A DNA stretch of 64,000 nucleotides from a phage. The notes under the pieces are model-generated. The model was given only the letters and a program-made list of their open reading frames with translations, searched no databases and had not been told where the DNA came from. This document shows, piece after piece, positions 21,009 to 31,280 of this stretch. The DNA lies in sequence record PZ179880.1; one strand, written 5' to 3'. Made by a program: the position numbers and the translations under genes. Position 1 is the stretch's first letter. Each line of letters begins with the position of its first letter.

Positions 21009-21218
21009 TTAACCCCGAAGCTTATTAAGTTCTTCATAATCAATCCAGGATTCTAGTCCTGATGGCAAATCAGATTCAATTTCCCAAAGAAGTTCTTCAA
21101 TTTTATGAAGACGATCTAATTCTTCAGCTGGAATAGTAACCATTGATGGAGTTCTTGCTACATTAATATCGTAAATCATATTTACCCCAGTTTGACCATA
21201 CAATCGCCGTATTTCCAC
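21009..21218 (-). CDS. Hypothetical protein
   Basis: 69 aa ORF. Confidence 0.4.
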   Translation of the reverse strand: MEIRRLYGQTGVNMIYDINVARTPSMVTIPAEELDRLHKIEELLWEIESDLPSGLESWIDYEELNKLRG

Positions 21219-21397
21219 TTAGAAATAGACTTTTCACCATTAGAATAATAAACTTCAAGTTTAGCACGATTATTTTTAATTTGAATAACCTTGGCTGTCA
21301 TCAAAGTTCCATACCCATAATAAACTGCAACTTCATCACCTACATATACCGCGCTTCCGCGGTAATCATGAATATAGTCAGTTCCTTCGAGCATCAT
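21182..21397 (-). CDS. Hypothetical protein
   Basis: 71 aa ORF. Confidence 0.4.
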   Translation of the reverse strand: MMLEGTDYIHDYRGSAVYVGDEVAVYYGYGTLMTAKVIQIKNNRAKLEVYYSNGEKSISKWKYGDCMVKLG

Positions 21398-21657
21398 TTA
21401 AAATATTCTCGCAGTTGGTCAAATCCACCAATATGACTTCCATCAGGAGCAAATACCTGGGGCATTGTCAAGCCGATTTGAGTATCACGACCTAGTTTAG
21501 TCAGAAGCTCAGCAATTTTCTCATCATCAAAAACACCTTTTTCCGGCATAATGTTGATAAATTCAAACGGCTGTTTCTTCACGGTCAAAAGACGTTTTGC
21601 ATTATCGCAATACACACATTTATGAATGTTGCTATCATAACCATATACTTTAAACAT
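21394..21657 (-). CDS. nrdC: Thioredoxin/glutaredoxin NrdC
   Basis: 87 aa, CVYC active site. Confidence 0.9.
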   Translation of the reverse strand: MFKVYGYDSNIHKCVYCDNAKRLLTVKKQPFEFINIMPEKGVFDDEKIAELLTKLGRDTQIGLTMPQVFAPDGSHIGGFDQLREYFK

Positions 21658-21658
21658 A

Positions 21659-21901
21659 TTATTCCTTAATTCCTAGTACTTGTTTAAAAGTCTCGTCGTA
21701 ATCAAGACTTTGGCCCGTTTGTTCTTTATGTTTGTATATAATATCACTTACTTCTGATAGCATATTTTTATATGAACGAGTTAAAGCAGATTTAAGCACG
21801 CTGTATCTATCAGGAAATTTACCATGTTCATTATAATAAGCTATTGCTAATTCACGGACTGCCTTTTCAGCAGCCTCCATATATTCTTTACGCTTGGTCA
21901 T
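21659..21901 (-). CDS. Hypothetical protein
   Basis: 80 aa ORF. Confidence 0.5.
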   Translation of the reverse strand: MTKRKEYMEAAEKAVRELAIAYYNEHGKFPDRYSVLKSALTRSYKNMLSEVSDIIYKHKEQTGQSLDYDETFKQVLGIKE

Positions 21902-21903
21902 TT

Positions 21904-22293
21904 TTAATCCAAAATATTATTAGGCATTGGTTGAACACTCACAAGTTCTTTAAAGAACTCAGTAGAGTCAGGCAATTTAACCATTTCCGGAGCATGCTTA
22001 CTGAATTTATGTTTACATTGACGGCATTTATATTCAAGCTCTGGTTTACGCCAGTTAATCAATTGAACTTGTTCAGTACCGCATTCAGGGCAATTAGGAA
22101 CGTTTTTAGAAGCTCTTTCACGTCGTTCAACCATAGCCATAATAGCATCCCATGCTGGAGGTTTAAAATCTAAATCGTCGCAGCCGTGAATCTTTCCACG
22201 CATTTCCATATCATCTTCCTCACCAGCCATAATAATTTTAATTAAACTGGAATTACTTGAAGCTGCAATGTCTTCTAATAAACGCTTTTTCAT
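21904..22293 (-). CDS. Hypothetical protein with Zn-ribbon-like cysteine pairs
   Basis: 129 aa; CPECG ... CRQCKHKF. Confidence 0.5.
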   Translation of the reverse strand: MKKRLLEDIAASSNSSLIKIIMAGEEDDMEMRGKIHGCDDLDFKPPAWDAIMAMVERRERASKNVPNCPECGTEQVQLINWRKPELEYKCRQCKHKFSKHAPEMVKLPDSTEFFKELVSVQPMPNNILD

Positions 22294-23216
22294 TTCAATA
22301 CCTCAATAGCATTACGTAAACCATTTGCTTTGGCGGTTAAAGCCTTAAGAACTTTAGTATGCTCTTCAATCTGTTTTTCAACTTCAATCAAACGGGCACT
22401 GAGATATTCGCGTTCTTCTTTCATAGTATCATTTCCATGATTGGATTTTGGTGTAGGTTTAAATTCACTAGGGTCCTTTAATTTAATAACAAATTTAGTT
22501 TCAAACAGCGAAAGACCATAATTCGTATTATCATCAAAGGATTTGACTACATCCATATCAGATAATAACACGCGTAAATTATAAGCCAAAGAACTAATAG
22601 TTTCATTGTGTTTATTAGCTTCGCGTGGTTTCATATACGGAAGATTTTTATATATCTCGTGCGGAGCACAAATGATAATTGACAATTCAAATTGCCCATT
22701 CTGGGACGATGGAGTGAATTTAGCCGTAACCCAGTCTTTTACATTCACATTAATAGTACGGTTATCACCATGACAAAACAGTCTACGAGAATGCTTAAAA
22801 AGCATATTCACGTTATTATTGAATTCGTGTGAAAATTCACTAGCAAATTTTTCTTTACTATCTTTAGAAAACCATTCTTCTAAATAAGTTCTTTTCACGT
22901 CGTTAATAATATTAAATGTAACAACACTAGCATTTGATACATTAGTCTCAATGTAGCTTGGATACATAAATTTTTTAACATTATTAACAGCTATCACAGA
23001 AGATAGTAATCGGGAACGTTTGAACCACTCGAGCAAAGAACCAAGAGAATGTGAATACGCATTTTGTGTATCTTTACAAATATGGTTTTCCCATCCAATA
23101 TAGTCTAAAAAATCACGAAGAATATTATTGATTACTGCTCTGTGTCCTATCTGATAATTACGATGTTTAGTAATAAGACTGTCAAAATAATCAATATAAT
23201 GTTTACGAGTTTTCAT
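22290..23216 (-). CDS. Hypothetical protein with C-terminal coiled coil (paralogue family member 1)
   Basis: 308 aa; C-terminal heptad-rich helix ending AIEVLK. Confidence 0.6.
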   Translation of the reverse strand: MKTRKHYIDYFDSLITKHRNYQIGHRAVINNILRDFLDYIGWENHICKDTQNAYSHSLGSLLEWFKRSRLLSSVIAVNNVKKFMYPSYIETNVSNASVVTFNIINDVKRTYLEEWFSKDSKEKFASEFSHEFNNNVNMLFKHSRRLFCHGDNRTINVNVKDWVTAKFTPSSQNGQFELSIIICAPHEIYKNLPYMKPREANKHNETISSLAYNLRVLLSDMDVVKSFDDNTNYGLSLFETKFVIKLKDPSEFKPTPKSNHGNDTMKEEREYLSARLIEVEKQIEEHTKVLKALTAKANGLRNAIEVLK

Positions 23217-23268
23217 GTTCTTCTCACTTGGTTAATGATTTATACTCCGAGCCATCCTTGGCTTTAAA

Positions 23269-24270
23269 TTACTTAATTAACTGTAAAGCTTGTTCCAGAC
23301 GATCAAGACGATTAACAGATTCTTCCCAAATCCTTTTAGCCTGCTCATATTCTTTCTGCGCTTTATTAGAAATTTCTAGAACTTCTTTATAAGCTTTTTC
23401 TAGTGCAATAACTTCTGGACGAATTTCTATCGGTTCAGGTGAATCATCAAGACATTCCATTAGTTCCTCAAGGGTAGTTTCTTCTTTAGGAGTATTCACA
23501 ATTTCATCACATTTTTGTTGGTAAATTTCTTTATCAGTAGGTGAATAAGCACATTTCACTTCACGAAGGCTAATTACGAGTTTATATCCTTCCCAACCGC
23601 ATATATTCTTAAAAGGATATGTATGAATATTTTCTACTGTTTCCATACAAAGTAATGCGGTCACTAATTGACGAGTTATAGTGCTAGCAATTGAGAAAAA
23701 TTTATTAATATTCTTTTGGTTAGTTTCTGGTGTAAAAAATCCATAATTCACAAAAATAGATACTTTATTTTTATCAAGTTCATATTCTTTTATGATAATC
23801 ATATCAGAAGCCAAAGGATGAATTTGACGATAATCGCCATAACATAATTTAGAAGCTGATTTTAGAATCTGTCCTTTGAAAAGTCTGAAATTACTAATCC
23901 AACGACGAGTAAAAATATTCTCAGGGTCTTCTTTATTATTAAGATGATAAGAATTAACATCACCGAACCAATTATATCCTACTACATCTTTGGTTCGTTT
24001 AATTTCTTTCCCAAAATTACCAAGAATATCCCGATTAACCAAATATGAAAGAAGACGAGACTCTTTAAAGGTTTTCTTGATAACATCTTTATCTACACGG
24101 CTAGAAATTTTACGAATTTCATGAATAAATTTAGTAGAAGAAACAATACTTGCATCAACACTATTGAGCCATTGATTGATAATAGAAAGAACGCTATTTT
24201 GGCCAAACATCGGTATAGCTTTATCATCAATAACGCTATTGAATGATTTGATATATTCGTTACGAGTCAA
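23269..24270 (-). CDS. Hypothetical protein with C-terminal coiled coil (member 2)
   Basis: 333 aa; N-terminus resembles member 1; C-terminal helix ending ALQLIK. Confidence 0.6.
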   Translation of the reverse strand: MTRNEYIKSFNSVIDDKAIPMFGQNSVLSIINQWLNSVDASIVSSTKFIHEIRKISSRVDKDVIKKTFKESRLLSYLVNRDILGNFGKEIKRTKDVVGYNWFGDVNSYHLNNKEDPENIFTRRWISNFRLFKGQILKSASKLCYGDYRQIHPLASDMIIIKEYELDKNKVSIFVNYGFFTPETNQKNINKFFSIASTITRQLVTALLCMETVENIHTYPFKNICGWEGYKLVISLREVKCAYSPTDKEIYQQKCDEIVNTPKEETTLEELMECLDDSPEPIEIRPEVIALEKAYKEVLEISNKAQKEYEQAKRIWEESVNRLDRLEQALQLIK

Positions 24271-24325
24271 TAATCTCCTCAGTAGAAAGTAAGAACATTA
24301 TACCACATCCTTGTGGCAAAGTAAA

Positions 24326-25354
24326 CTAGTTCAGTGCATTTAGTGCATTGTTCAGTTTAGAACGTTGCTTTGTCAGATTTTGAACCCTTGACTGAGCTTG
24401 TTCTAACGCCTTTTCAGCTTCTAGCATTTCATTGGTCGCTTTAACGAGTTCATCATCTACTGCCTTAAGAGACTTTTCAATCGCATCAGCGTGCCATTTT
24501 TCTACAGGTTTAAAATTTGAATTTTCAGTAGGAAGAAAACTCACTTTATTAAGTTTACATGCATCTATGTTACTTGAACTGTACATCCAACATTTAGGAT
24601 CGTTTGATAAGTAATTGGATAAATTTAAATTTAAGGTATCTTGCACTTCCTGCTTTTTCTCTTGAACAATTTCATCCTTTCTCAAAAATTCATATTTAAA
24701 TGAAACGATCATATCAAGTTCATATGTTGTTGTATGTTCCCAATTTCGCTCAAAACGAGGTAAAATCTTAGATTGAACAGCAGCAACAACATCCATATAC
24801 TTAAATGCTTCTGTCAGCTGTGATTTAAGACATTCACAAATTGAAAGAGAATTTTTAGTATTAGGCTTAAAGCTAATTCGTGCAGTTCTATTATTTTCTT
24901 TTAACGGTCTTACTTCCATCTGAAGAGTATAACCATCAAATTTCAGGTTCTTTAAGTTAATATCAGAGCCTTTTAATCGACTAGCAGTAGACAAAATTTG
25001 CTTTAATTGTTTACGGAATAGAGCAATAAATCTCCATTCAATACGATAATGATTTGGATTGAAAAATCCAGATGATAAATCGACCTTACTTTGACCAACG
25101 CCTTGAACAATCAAAGGATTTTTATAATCAATAGTTTTACAGAAATCGGTGAGCTGTTCACGAGCAGTCATTTGTGTAATATACCCTGCTTTACTAAAAT
25201 TACGCACCCATTCACTGCTATTCGTATACTTAAAGTGATGAATAACACGATTAACTTTATCAGGGTCTAAATTATTTTCACACAAAAATGTCATAACATC
25301 ACGAGTATAGCTGGCATTACGAACCATATCTTCAATTTGAGAACGAGTTTTCAT
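24326..25354 (-). CDS. Hypothetical protein with C-terminal coiled coil (member 3)
   Basis: 342 aa; C-terminal helix ending ALNALN. Confidence 0.6.
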   Translation of the reverse strand: MKTRSQIEDMVRNASYTRDVMTFLCENNLDPDKVNRVIHHFKYTNSSEWVRNFSKAGYITQMTAREQLTDFCKTIDYKNPLIVQGVGQSKVDLSSGFFNPNHYRIEWRFIALFRKQLKQILSTASRLKGSDINLKNLKFDGYTLQMEVRPLKENNRTARISFKPNTKNSLSICECLKSQLTEAFKYMDVVAAVQSKILPRFERNWEHTTTYELDMIVSFKYEFLRKDEIVQEKKQEVQDTLNLNLSNYLSNDPKCWMYSSSNIDACKLNKVSFLPTENSNFKPVEKWHADAIEKSLKAVDDELVKATNEMLEAEKALEQAQSRVQNLTKQRSKLNNALNALN

Positions 25355-25362
25355 GGTGTTCC

Positions 25363-26265
25363 TTAAGATTTAAGTAAATCAACGATTTTAATTAATTTTT
25401 CACGCTCAGATTTAGCTTTACTACTCAATCCAGATAGTCTGAAAATTTCATCATCATATTGCTGAATAGAAATATTTAGCTCTTCAATCTGCTTATTAAA
25501 ATAAGCAATTTGTTCAGAATGTTTTTCATTACTGCGAACTGGTACAGGTTTTGTAGGTAATTTAGTTGAACTGGATTCATCTGGGCGATAAATTAAAATG
25601 CAATTTGAACCAATCGGACATTTAGCACCAGACACATATTCTAATGTTCCGGCTTCTTTTAAAACTTCAAAAGCTAAACAGAGATGATGCCCCATATTAA
25701 CATAATCTGTAGAGCGAGCTCTGATGTAATAATCATCTCCACGAGTACTAAATTTAAAGCATTTAAGGTCTTCTGTATTATTGGTCTTAAAAATCATTTG
25801 TTTATCTAGACCTTTAGCTAATCGAGCGCCTAATGCTAATAATCGTCGTTGATTTTCCCACAAATCCGCAATCATTTGGTCAAATGATAATTTCGGCATT
25901 AGTCGACCATAAAGGTCATATCCTTTATTATAATTGCGAAGGATTTCACTCGCATTAATACGAGACAACGCTCCAATTTTATTAAGGGCTTTCATGATGC
26001 GATTAGATAAACCCATTCCAGATCCGTTTGTTCGTTGCAAATGTTTATCTAATCCAAACCCAATATCAACTTTAAATTTATCTAAAATTTCAGCATGAAC
26101 ATCTCTGTCAATAACATTCAAATCCAAAGTTGGGTTAAATCTATGAAAAAATTTATCTGGCTCTCCACGACGAAGTACAGTCCATTCATTTAATTTTTTA
26201 TTAACTAAAGATTTAATTACTGCATTGACATTATTAATTACTACTGACATATTTTCCTCACTCAA
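25363..26265 (-). CDS. Hypothetical protein with C-terminal coiled coil (member 4)
   Basis: 300 aa; C-terminal helix ending IVDLLKS. Confidence 0.6.
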   Translation of the reverse strand: MSEENMSVVINNVNAVIKSLVNKKLNEWTVLRRGEPDKFFHRFNPTLDLNVIDRDVHAEILDKFKVDIGFGLDKHLQRTNGSGMGLSNRIMKALNKIGALSRINASEILRNYNKGYDLYGRLMPKLSFDQMIADLWENQRRLLALGARLAKGLDKQMIFKTNNTEDLKCFKFSTRGDDYYIRARSTDYVNMGHHLCLAFEVLKEAGTLEYVSGAKCPIGSNCILIYRPDESSSTKLPTKPVPVRSNEKHSEQIAYFNKQIEELNISIQQYDDEIFRLSGLSSKAKSEREKLIKIVDLLKS

Positions 26266-26666
26266 TTTTCAATTTTACTAAATATACAGAATAAGATGGA
26301 ACAGACTATATAAGCACCACACACAGATTGAACTAATACCATTCCAAAGAACCAAACAATATTATCAAACAATGTCTGTTTTACGTCGAAAGGACGTAAA
26401 CTTACAGTAATATTATCACCTTTTTCTATTGAAGAATACATCTCTGGGGAAATATATTCACTAAATCTATAACCGTCTTTGAGTTCATATACAGCAATAA
26501 ACGATAAACTAGACCCCTTTCCTTGAGTTCCTGTAAAGGTATTAACTACAGTAACATCATAATCTTTATAATGCATATAATCATTAATAGCATAATAACC
26601 ATATGCAATTATTATACATAAACAACATATCAATAAATTCAATCTTTTAATTATCAACTGTTTCAT
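26262..26666 (-). CDS. Membrane protein
   Basis: 134 aa with N- and C-terminal hydrophobic helices. Confidence 0.55.
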   Translation of the reverse strand: MKQLIIKRLNLLICCLCIIIAYGYYAINDYMHYKDYDVTVVNTFTGTQGKGSSLSFIAVYELKDGYRFSEYISPEMYSSIEKGDNITVSLRPFDVKQTLFDNIVWFFGMVLVQSVCGAYIVCSILFCIFSKIEN

Positions 26667-26721
26667 AATAATCTCAATTAAAAGGGCTTAGAACCATTAT
26701 ACCATCCTTGGTATAAAGCGG

Positions 26722-27249
26722 TTATGCGAGTACCGTCTTTAACCGTTCTTCAAACTTCCGAAGAGTATTTTGGCGTTCAGCTCTTTGCTTTTTGTAAGTT
26801 TCAATACGCTCTGAAATGAGAGTGTATCGTTCATTTACTGATTCTTTCATAAAATCAGGAATTTCACGAGAAGCTTTAATCTCATCAAATTTATCAATAA
26901 CAGCTTGCTCTTCAGCAATTAAGTTATCATACATCAAAATATCTTTCTTGATGAACTCAATATCTTCTTGAGTTACACGAGATAATTTAGATGCTTTATC
27001 CTTTTTGTACTGTTCATTAGTATCACGAGACCAGTGTAATGTACGATTTTTATTCGTATTCTTGTAAATTTCTACAATACCAATCTCATCGATAATAACG
27101 ATCCAATTCCAACGGGATTTGTAAATTTGTCCTCCATCAACCGTGATTTCACCTCCGATTGAGATGTCATTAAAGAACTTGCTTTGTGCTTCAGATTTAA
27201 ATTTACCATCGTTATAATTTACTAAGTTGAAAATATCTTTAGCGTTCAT
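26722..27249 (-). CDS. Hypothetical protein
   Basis: 175 aa ORF downstream of an early promoter. Confidence 0.55.
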   Translation of the reverse strand: MNAKDIFNLVNYNDGKFKSEAQSKFFNDISIGGEITVDGGQIYKSRWNWIVIIDEIGIVEIYKNTNKNRTLHWSRDTNEQYKKDKASKLSRVTQEDIEFIKKDILMYDNLIAEEQAVIDKFDEIKASREIPDFMKESVNERYTLISERIETYKKQRAERQNTLRKFEERLKTVLA

Positions 27250-27277
27250 TTTCTGTTCCTCCGTAGTTGATAGGGTA

Positions 27278-27307
27278 ATAATACCACAGAGGAACAGTCT
27301 TGTAAAC
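27278..27307 (-). promoter_or_regulatory. Early sigma70-type promoter
   Basis: Minus strand GTTTAC - 18 bp - TGG TATTAT. Confidence 0.55.
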
Positions 27308-27309
27308 CA

Positions 27310-27624
27310 CTAAAAGAAACTTCTTTCACAATTTTTTCCACTGAACCATGCACTTACCGCTTTCTTGGTCTCAGGAGCAGTGTTATCCATAAACCATTCA
27401 AAGGCAGCCTTTTTGTGATTCTGGAGGGCTTCTCGGGCTTTAATCTGCTCACGGTCTATTAACACTAACATATGAGCCTTTCTTGTCACCATGGGCTTCT
27501 TATGATTTTTTGAATACTCCCAGTCATTTGTCCATCGCATTGTCGTTGCGAACTTAAATACTGCTTCTTTAATTTTAGTTTCGTAAATTTCACGAGCCTT
27601 TGAGTATAACATCATTACCTCCAT
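27310..27624 (-). CDS. Hypothetical protein
   Basis: 104 aa ORF. Confidence 0.5.
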   Translation of the reverse strand: MEVMMLYSKAREIYETKIKEAVFKFATTMRWTNDWEYSKNHKKPMVTRKAHMLVLIDREQIKAREALQNHKKAAFEWFMDNTAPETKKAVSAWFSGKNCERSFF

Positions 27625-27713
27625 TCACCAGTTTAATTCTAGTTATCTTTTTAATGGCAGTCCATATAATCTATTTCTGAACTGCCTTTTTGTCATAGAA
27701 GTCCTCTTATGAA

Positions 27714-28694
27714 TTATTTCAGAAGAGTAACCTCAGCAATTTCTTCCCAACCGTTTTTGTCGGTCATAATAAAGTCAGCAAGATAAAGAGCAGTACGCAG
27801 TGAAACATTGCGTAAACGATTAACATTAACTTTCATCCATGATAATGCTTTATAAGTTTCTTCATCAGAAAGACCGCGCTTTTGCATCATGTCAGTTGAA
27901 AGAATAACATCTTCAACCCTGACCATAATTTCTTCATTAGTGTGAACACCCAAATCCAAATAAACCGAGCGGGACACTAATGCTTGTAAATGTGGAGCAA
28001 GTTTAGTACCACGGTCTAATTCGCGGTCAATGTCAACGTTTGTGATAAAAACAATCGTTCCTTTAAATTCAAACTCACGCTCAATGCCTTTTTCTTCTAA
28101 GTAAGAAGATGCGGTGCTCCAGCAGACTTTACGGGTCTCTCCAGTGTCCAGAGCAGCTTTCAGAAGATTAAGAATGTCCATATCAGAGAAAACATCCACA
28201 TCATCAATCAAAAGGACAGAATTCTCTTCACGATTATTCCAAAGCTGCTCATAAAGACCAATACCAGAGATTTTACCATTAATGCTTTTATATTCAATGT
28301 ATCCAATATCATTTGCTTTATTTAAAGCTTTATCTAAAGAATACGTTTTACCAATACCTGCTGCGCCAGAGATAATTAATGAACGAATATTTCCATTAAT
28401 AATACCATTCGTCATCATTCCCATAACATTAAATCTTTTATTAATGCGGGTTTTCATATCTTCATACGATTCTTTAATTTCTTCAACTTTTACACCATCA
28501 TATGAAATATCTGATTTGTAAACCCAAACACCGCGACGTTTACCGTCAATTTCAACAAAAACTTTACCATCTCCTTGTGCATCTACCGGAGCATTATCTG
28601 GGAACCATTCGCCTAAGAGCTCAAAAGTTCCAGAGATTTCTTTACCGAAGTAGATACCCTTATTGATAGTTACAGTTTTCATTTTATTCTCCAA
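27714..28694 (-). CDS. P-loop NTPase (AAA-like ATPase)
   Basis: 326 aa; Walker A GAAGIGKT, Walker B LLIDDVD. Confidence 0.7.
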   Translation of the reverse strand: MENKMKTVTINKGIYFGKEISGTFELLGEWFPDNAPVDAQGDGKVFVEIDGKRRGVWVYKSDISYDGVKVEEIKESYEDMKTRINKRFNVMGMMTNGIINGNIRSLIISGAAGIGKTYSLDKALNKANDIGYIEYKSINGKISGIGLYEQLWNNREENSVLLIDDVDVFSDMDILNLLKAALDTGETRKVCWSTASSYLEEKGIEREFEFKGTIVFITNVDIDRELDRGTKLAPHLQALVSRSVYLDLGVHTNEEIMVRVEDVILSTDMMQKRGLSDEETYKALSWMKVNVNRLRNVSLRTALYLADFIMTDKNGWEEIAEVTLLK

Positions 28695-28718
28695 TTTTAC
28701 ATTTGTTTTGATAGGGTA

Positions 28719-28748
28719 ATAGTATCACACTACTACCCTGCTGTAAAC
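28719..28748 (-). promoter_or_regulatory. Early sigma70-type promoter
   Basis: Minus strand GTTTAC - 18 bp - TGA TACTAT. Confidence 0.55.
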
Positions 28749-28751
28749 AAT

Positions 28752-29015
28752 TTATTTTAATGTTTGCCAAATTTTTACTGCTTCGCGACGAGATACTTCT
28801 ACGGCGCCAAGTTCTATAGCTTTTTGGCGTCGCCGAGCGTGTAAGTCATAATGTTTAATGCGTTTATCTTGAAACCAAGAACGTTTCATTCCTATTGCTT
28901 CTGCCATTTCATGAAGCTCTTCAATATCTCCATCAGTGAACATATGACAATTTTTAGTTGGATGACCGCGAAGTTTCCATCCATGATTCATTAAAACATC
29001 TACGTAAACTGTCAT
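28752..29015 (-). CDS. DUF4031-like small protein
   Basis: 87 aa; motifs CHMFTD ... KRSWFQ ... HYDL recalled as typical of DUF4031. Confidence 0.5.
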   Translation of the reverse strand: MTVYVDVLMNHGWKLRGHPTKNCHMFTDGDIEELHEMAEAIGMKRSWFQDKRIKHYDLHARRRQKAIELGAVEVSRREAVKIWQTLK

Positions 29016-29198
29016 TGATTCTGCTCCAAATATGTTTCTATAATTTTCTGAGCGAGATAAACTGCATTATCTTCAGTTGCATCTTCTAAGAAACTTTCAA
29101 AACACTCTGAAATTTCTTCTGTGTCAATCAACTTTTTTACTTCAATTGGTGTAATTTTCATTTTGTTTTTCCGTTTAAGTGTTTGTTTTGATAGTTGT

Positions 29199-29228
29199 AT
29201 AGTACCATAAAGCTTTATGCTTGTAAAC
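29199..29228 (-). promoter_or_regulatory. Early sigma70-type promoter
   Basis: Minus strand GTTTAC - 18 bp - TGG TACTAT. Confidence 0.55.
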
Positions 29229-29278
29229 AATTTTGTGAAAAATTTTTGAAATAAAAAAGGGAGCCCGAAGGCTCCCTA

Positions 29279-30292
29279 TCATTTATAATAACTTCGGTGG
29301 TTTTCAAGATAAACCCTCTCAAGGAAGTCATCCCAAAAACCCATGTCTACTTTTTGCTGCATACCGTTCTTAGAAGCTTCAGTAGATGCTGCTTCTACTT
29401 GATCGACCACATCTTCCAAAAACTCTTGAACCGTTTTAAATGGATGTTTACCCAACTTCACGTCGAGAATAAATGGAGCATCTTGGAGTGGATAAACCAA
29501 GTCACCAGTTTTGTAAATTTCCAATAGTTGGAGTCCACCACGGCAAGCATGACTCAGAGCTTTCCAGTCAATACCTTCATTGGCTTCGGCCTTACGAGCA
29601 CGTTCACCGTATTCAGCATCTAATTTGTTCAGTGACTGCTTAAGCTCAATAAGAGAAAGCGTTGTCTGATATTTACGACCCAACACTGTGTAGAACGTCT
29701 GTGGGCCTGTTTTCTCATGATTATGGAACACCCATTCACAGAATTCGTTTTCTGGAAGACGATGCTTAATATCTTCAACTTTAGTACGACGCTGCTTAAT
29801 GGAACCGTCTTCTTGGTAATCAACCCATTGCTCAGGGATTTGATTAACTACTTTCAATACATCACGTAATGCAGCCAAACGAGAACCCTTAACGCCGTAT
29901 TTAGAAGCTTGCTTACGGACATATCCTAAATAGGATTTCATGTTAGTCGTATAAAAACGAGAACGGTTGTCTTGAATAAACTTCCACACATCAGGCAAAT
30001 CAGATTTAACCACTAGTTCAGGTGGAGTGTGAAGCATATCTAACGCTACAGTTTCACCATCTGCTGCTAATTTAAAGAAATACTTAAGACTATACAATTC
30101 GTGGTCAATATCATCTTTAGTGTTTTTAGATGATGTGTTGTTAGTGTTTTTACTCATGTGCTCTTTAACATTTCCGATAAGAATATCACGAGCAGGAGGA
30201 ACAAAGATTTCTTTAAAATCTACATCAGATTCTGGGGTAGAAGTTCCATAAAGATGACTACCAAAATAGCTTTTCATTACTGTTTTCATCAT
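29279..30292 (-). CDS. Predicted nucleotidyltransferase (Pol-beta superfamily)
   Basis: 337 aa; N-terminal GS-x10-DxD motif (YGSHLYGTSTPESDVDF). Confidence 0.6.
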   Translation of the reverse strand: MMKTVMKSYFGSHLYGTSTPESDVDFKEIFVPPARDILIGNVKEHMSKNTNNTSSKNTKDDIDHELYSLKYFFKLAADGETVALDMLHTPPELVVKSDLPDVWKFIQDNRSRFYTTNMKSYLGYVRKQASKYGVKGSRLAALRDVLKVVNQIPEQWVDYQEDGSIKQRRTKVEDIKHRLPENEFCEWVFHNHEKTGPQTFYTVLGRKYQTTLSLIELKQSLNKLDAEYGERARKAEANEGIDWKALSHACRGGLQLLEIYKTGDLVYPLQDAPFILDVKLGKHPFKTVQEFLEDVVDQVEAASTEASKNGMQQKVDMGFWDDFLERVYLENHRSYYK

Positions 30293-30750
30293 TCAGCCTT
30301 ATATTCAATAACAGGACATACTTTAGCTTTACGAGCTTTTAAAAATTCGACGATAATCGATTTCTTGGGTTGAATAGGAGGTAAACCTTTATACGCCCTA
30401 TCAATATTTTCTACGTGTAAAGCATAATCCTTTTTCCATTTATAATCTTTATATTTTTCACGCAAATGCGCAGGAATAACAAATGAACCGATAATAAGTA
30501 AAACAAGCAAAATGGCAAGTATAAATGCTGATGGAATAAGAGTCCATAAACTACCAAAAATAAGCCATTTCTGTATGATTTCTGCACAGATGATAGTTAG
30601 ACCTACGAGTATAGTACATCCGAAAAAAGAAACGAAAAATGTAGGGATAACAATAGACCAAAAGTATGCGCATAGTGTCTTAGGTCGTTTCCATTCGTCG
30701 TTAAACATTTTAAATAATTTATAGTGCCAAGAGCTTTCATTAATAATCAT
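30289..30750 (-). CDS. Membrane protein
   Basis: 153 aa with multiple hydrophobic helices. Confidence 0.55.
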   Translation of the reverse strand: MIINESSWHYKLFKMFNDEWKRPKTLCAYFWSIVIPTFFVSFFGCTILVGLTIICAEIIQKWLIFGSLWTLIPSAFILAILLVLLIIGSFVIPAHLREKYKDYKWKKDYALHVENIDRAYKGLPPIQPKKSIIVEFLKARKAKVCPVIEYKAE

Positions 30751-30752
30751 AA

Positions 30753-31274
30753 TTATCCTTTCATTGAAGGTGTAACAGTTGTTAAATACTTAATCATAGC
30801 TTCAGCTTCTGATTTTGATAATGAAATTTCTTCATTGTTTTGACGAATAGAAATAAAATCCGGATGACGGTCACCACCAGCTTTTAAAACACACATATAA
30901 GTATCAGTTTCATCTTCAATATCTGAAATGATTGAAGCAGTTCCACACGAATGTGGTTTTTGATAAATCAATACAGCTTTTCTTCCACCATTTGACTGTT
31001 CATAAACTTTTAATACATCAAACAAATCACTTCTTTTATCAATAGCTAAAATGTTATTTTCATCTTCAATGTTAAATCCTTCGGATACTTCATAAAGTGT
31101 CACCCATAAATCACCTATATCGATAGTAGCATTTTCCTTTCCATGACTTTCAAGAGCATGACAAATTTTCTTAATTTCGTCATAACTCATTTTAATAATA
31201 TCATCTCCTTGAATAAGGAAGATGTCATTTTTAAATTCAACACGAATTAAACCGCTTCCACTTGAAATAAACAT
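30753..31274 (-). CDS. Hypothetical protein (tandem paralogue A)
   Basis: 173 aa; C-terminus EAEAMIKYLTTVTPSM resembles the next ORF. Confidence 0.55.
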   Translation of the reverse strand: MFISSGSGLIRVEFKNDIFLIQGDDIIKMSYDEIKKICHALESHGKENATIDIGDLWVTLYEVSEGFNIEDENNILAIDKRSDLFDVLKVYEQSNGGRKAVLIYQKPHSCGTASIISDIEDETDTYMCVLKAGGDRHPDFISIRQNNEEISLSKSEAEAMIKYLTTVTPSMKG

Positions 31275-31280
31275 ATTTCC

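Noticed and set aside
29012-29230. 72 aa ORF as listed in the ORF track
   Set aside because: Its 5' part reads through an early promoter (29199-29228); if real, the gene starts at the internal Met (MKITPIEV, about 29012-29161, 49 aa), which is too weakly supported to list.
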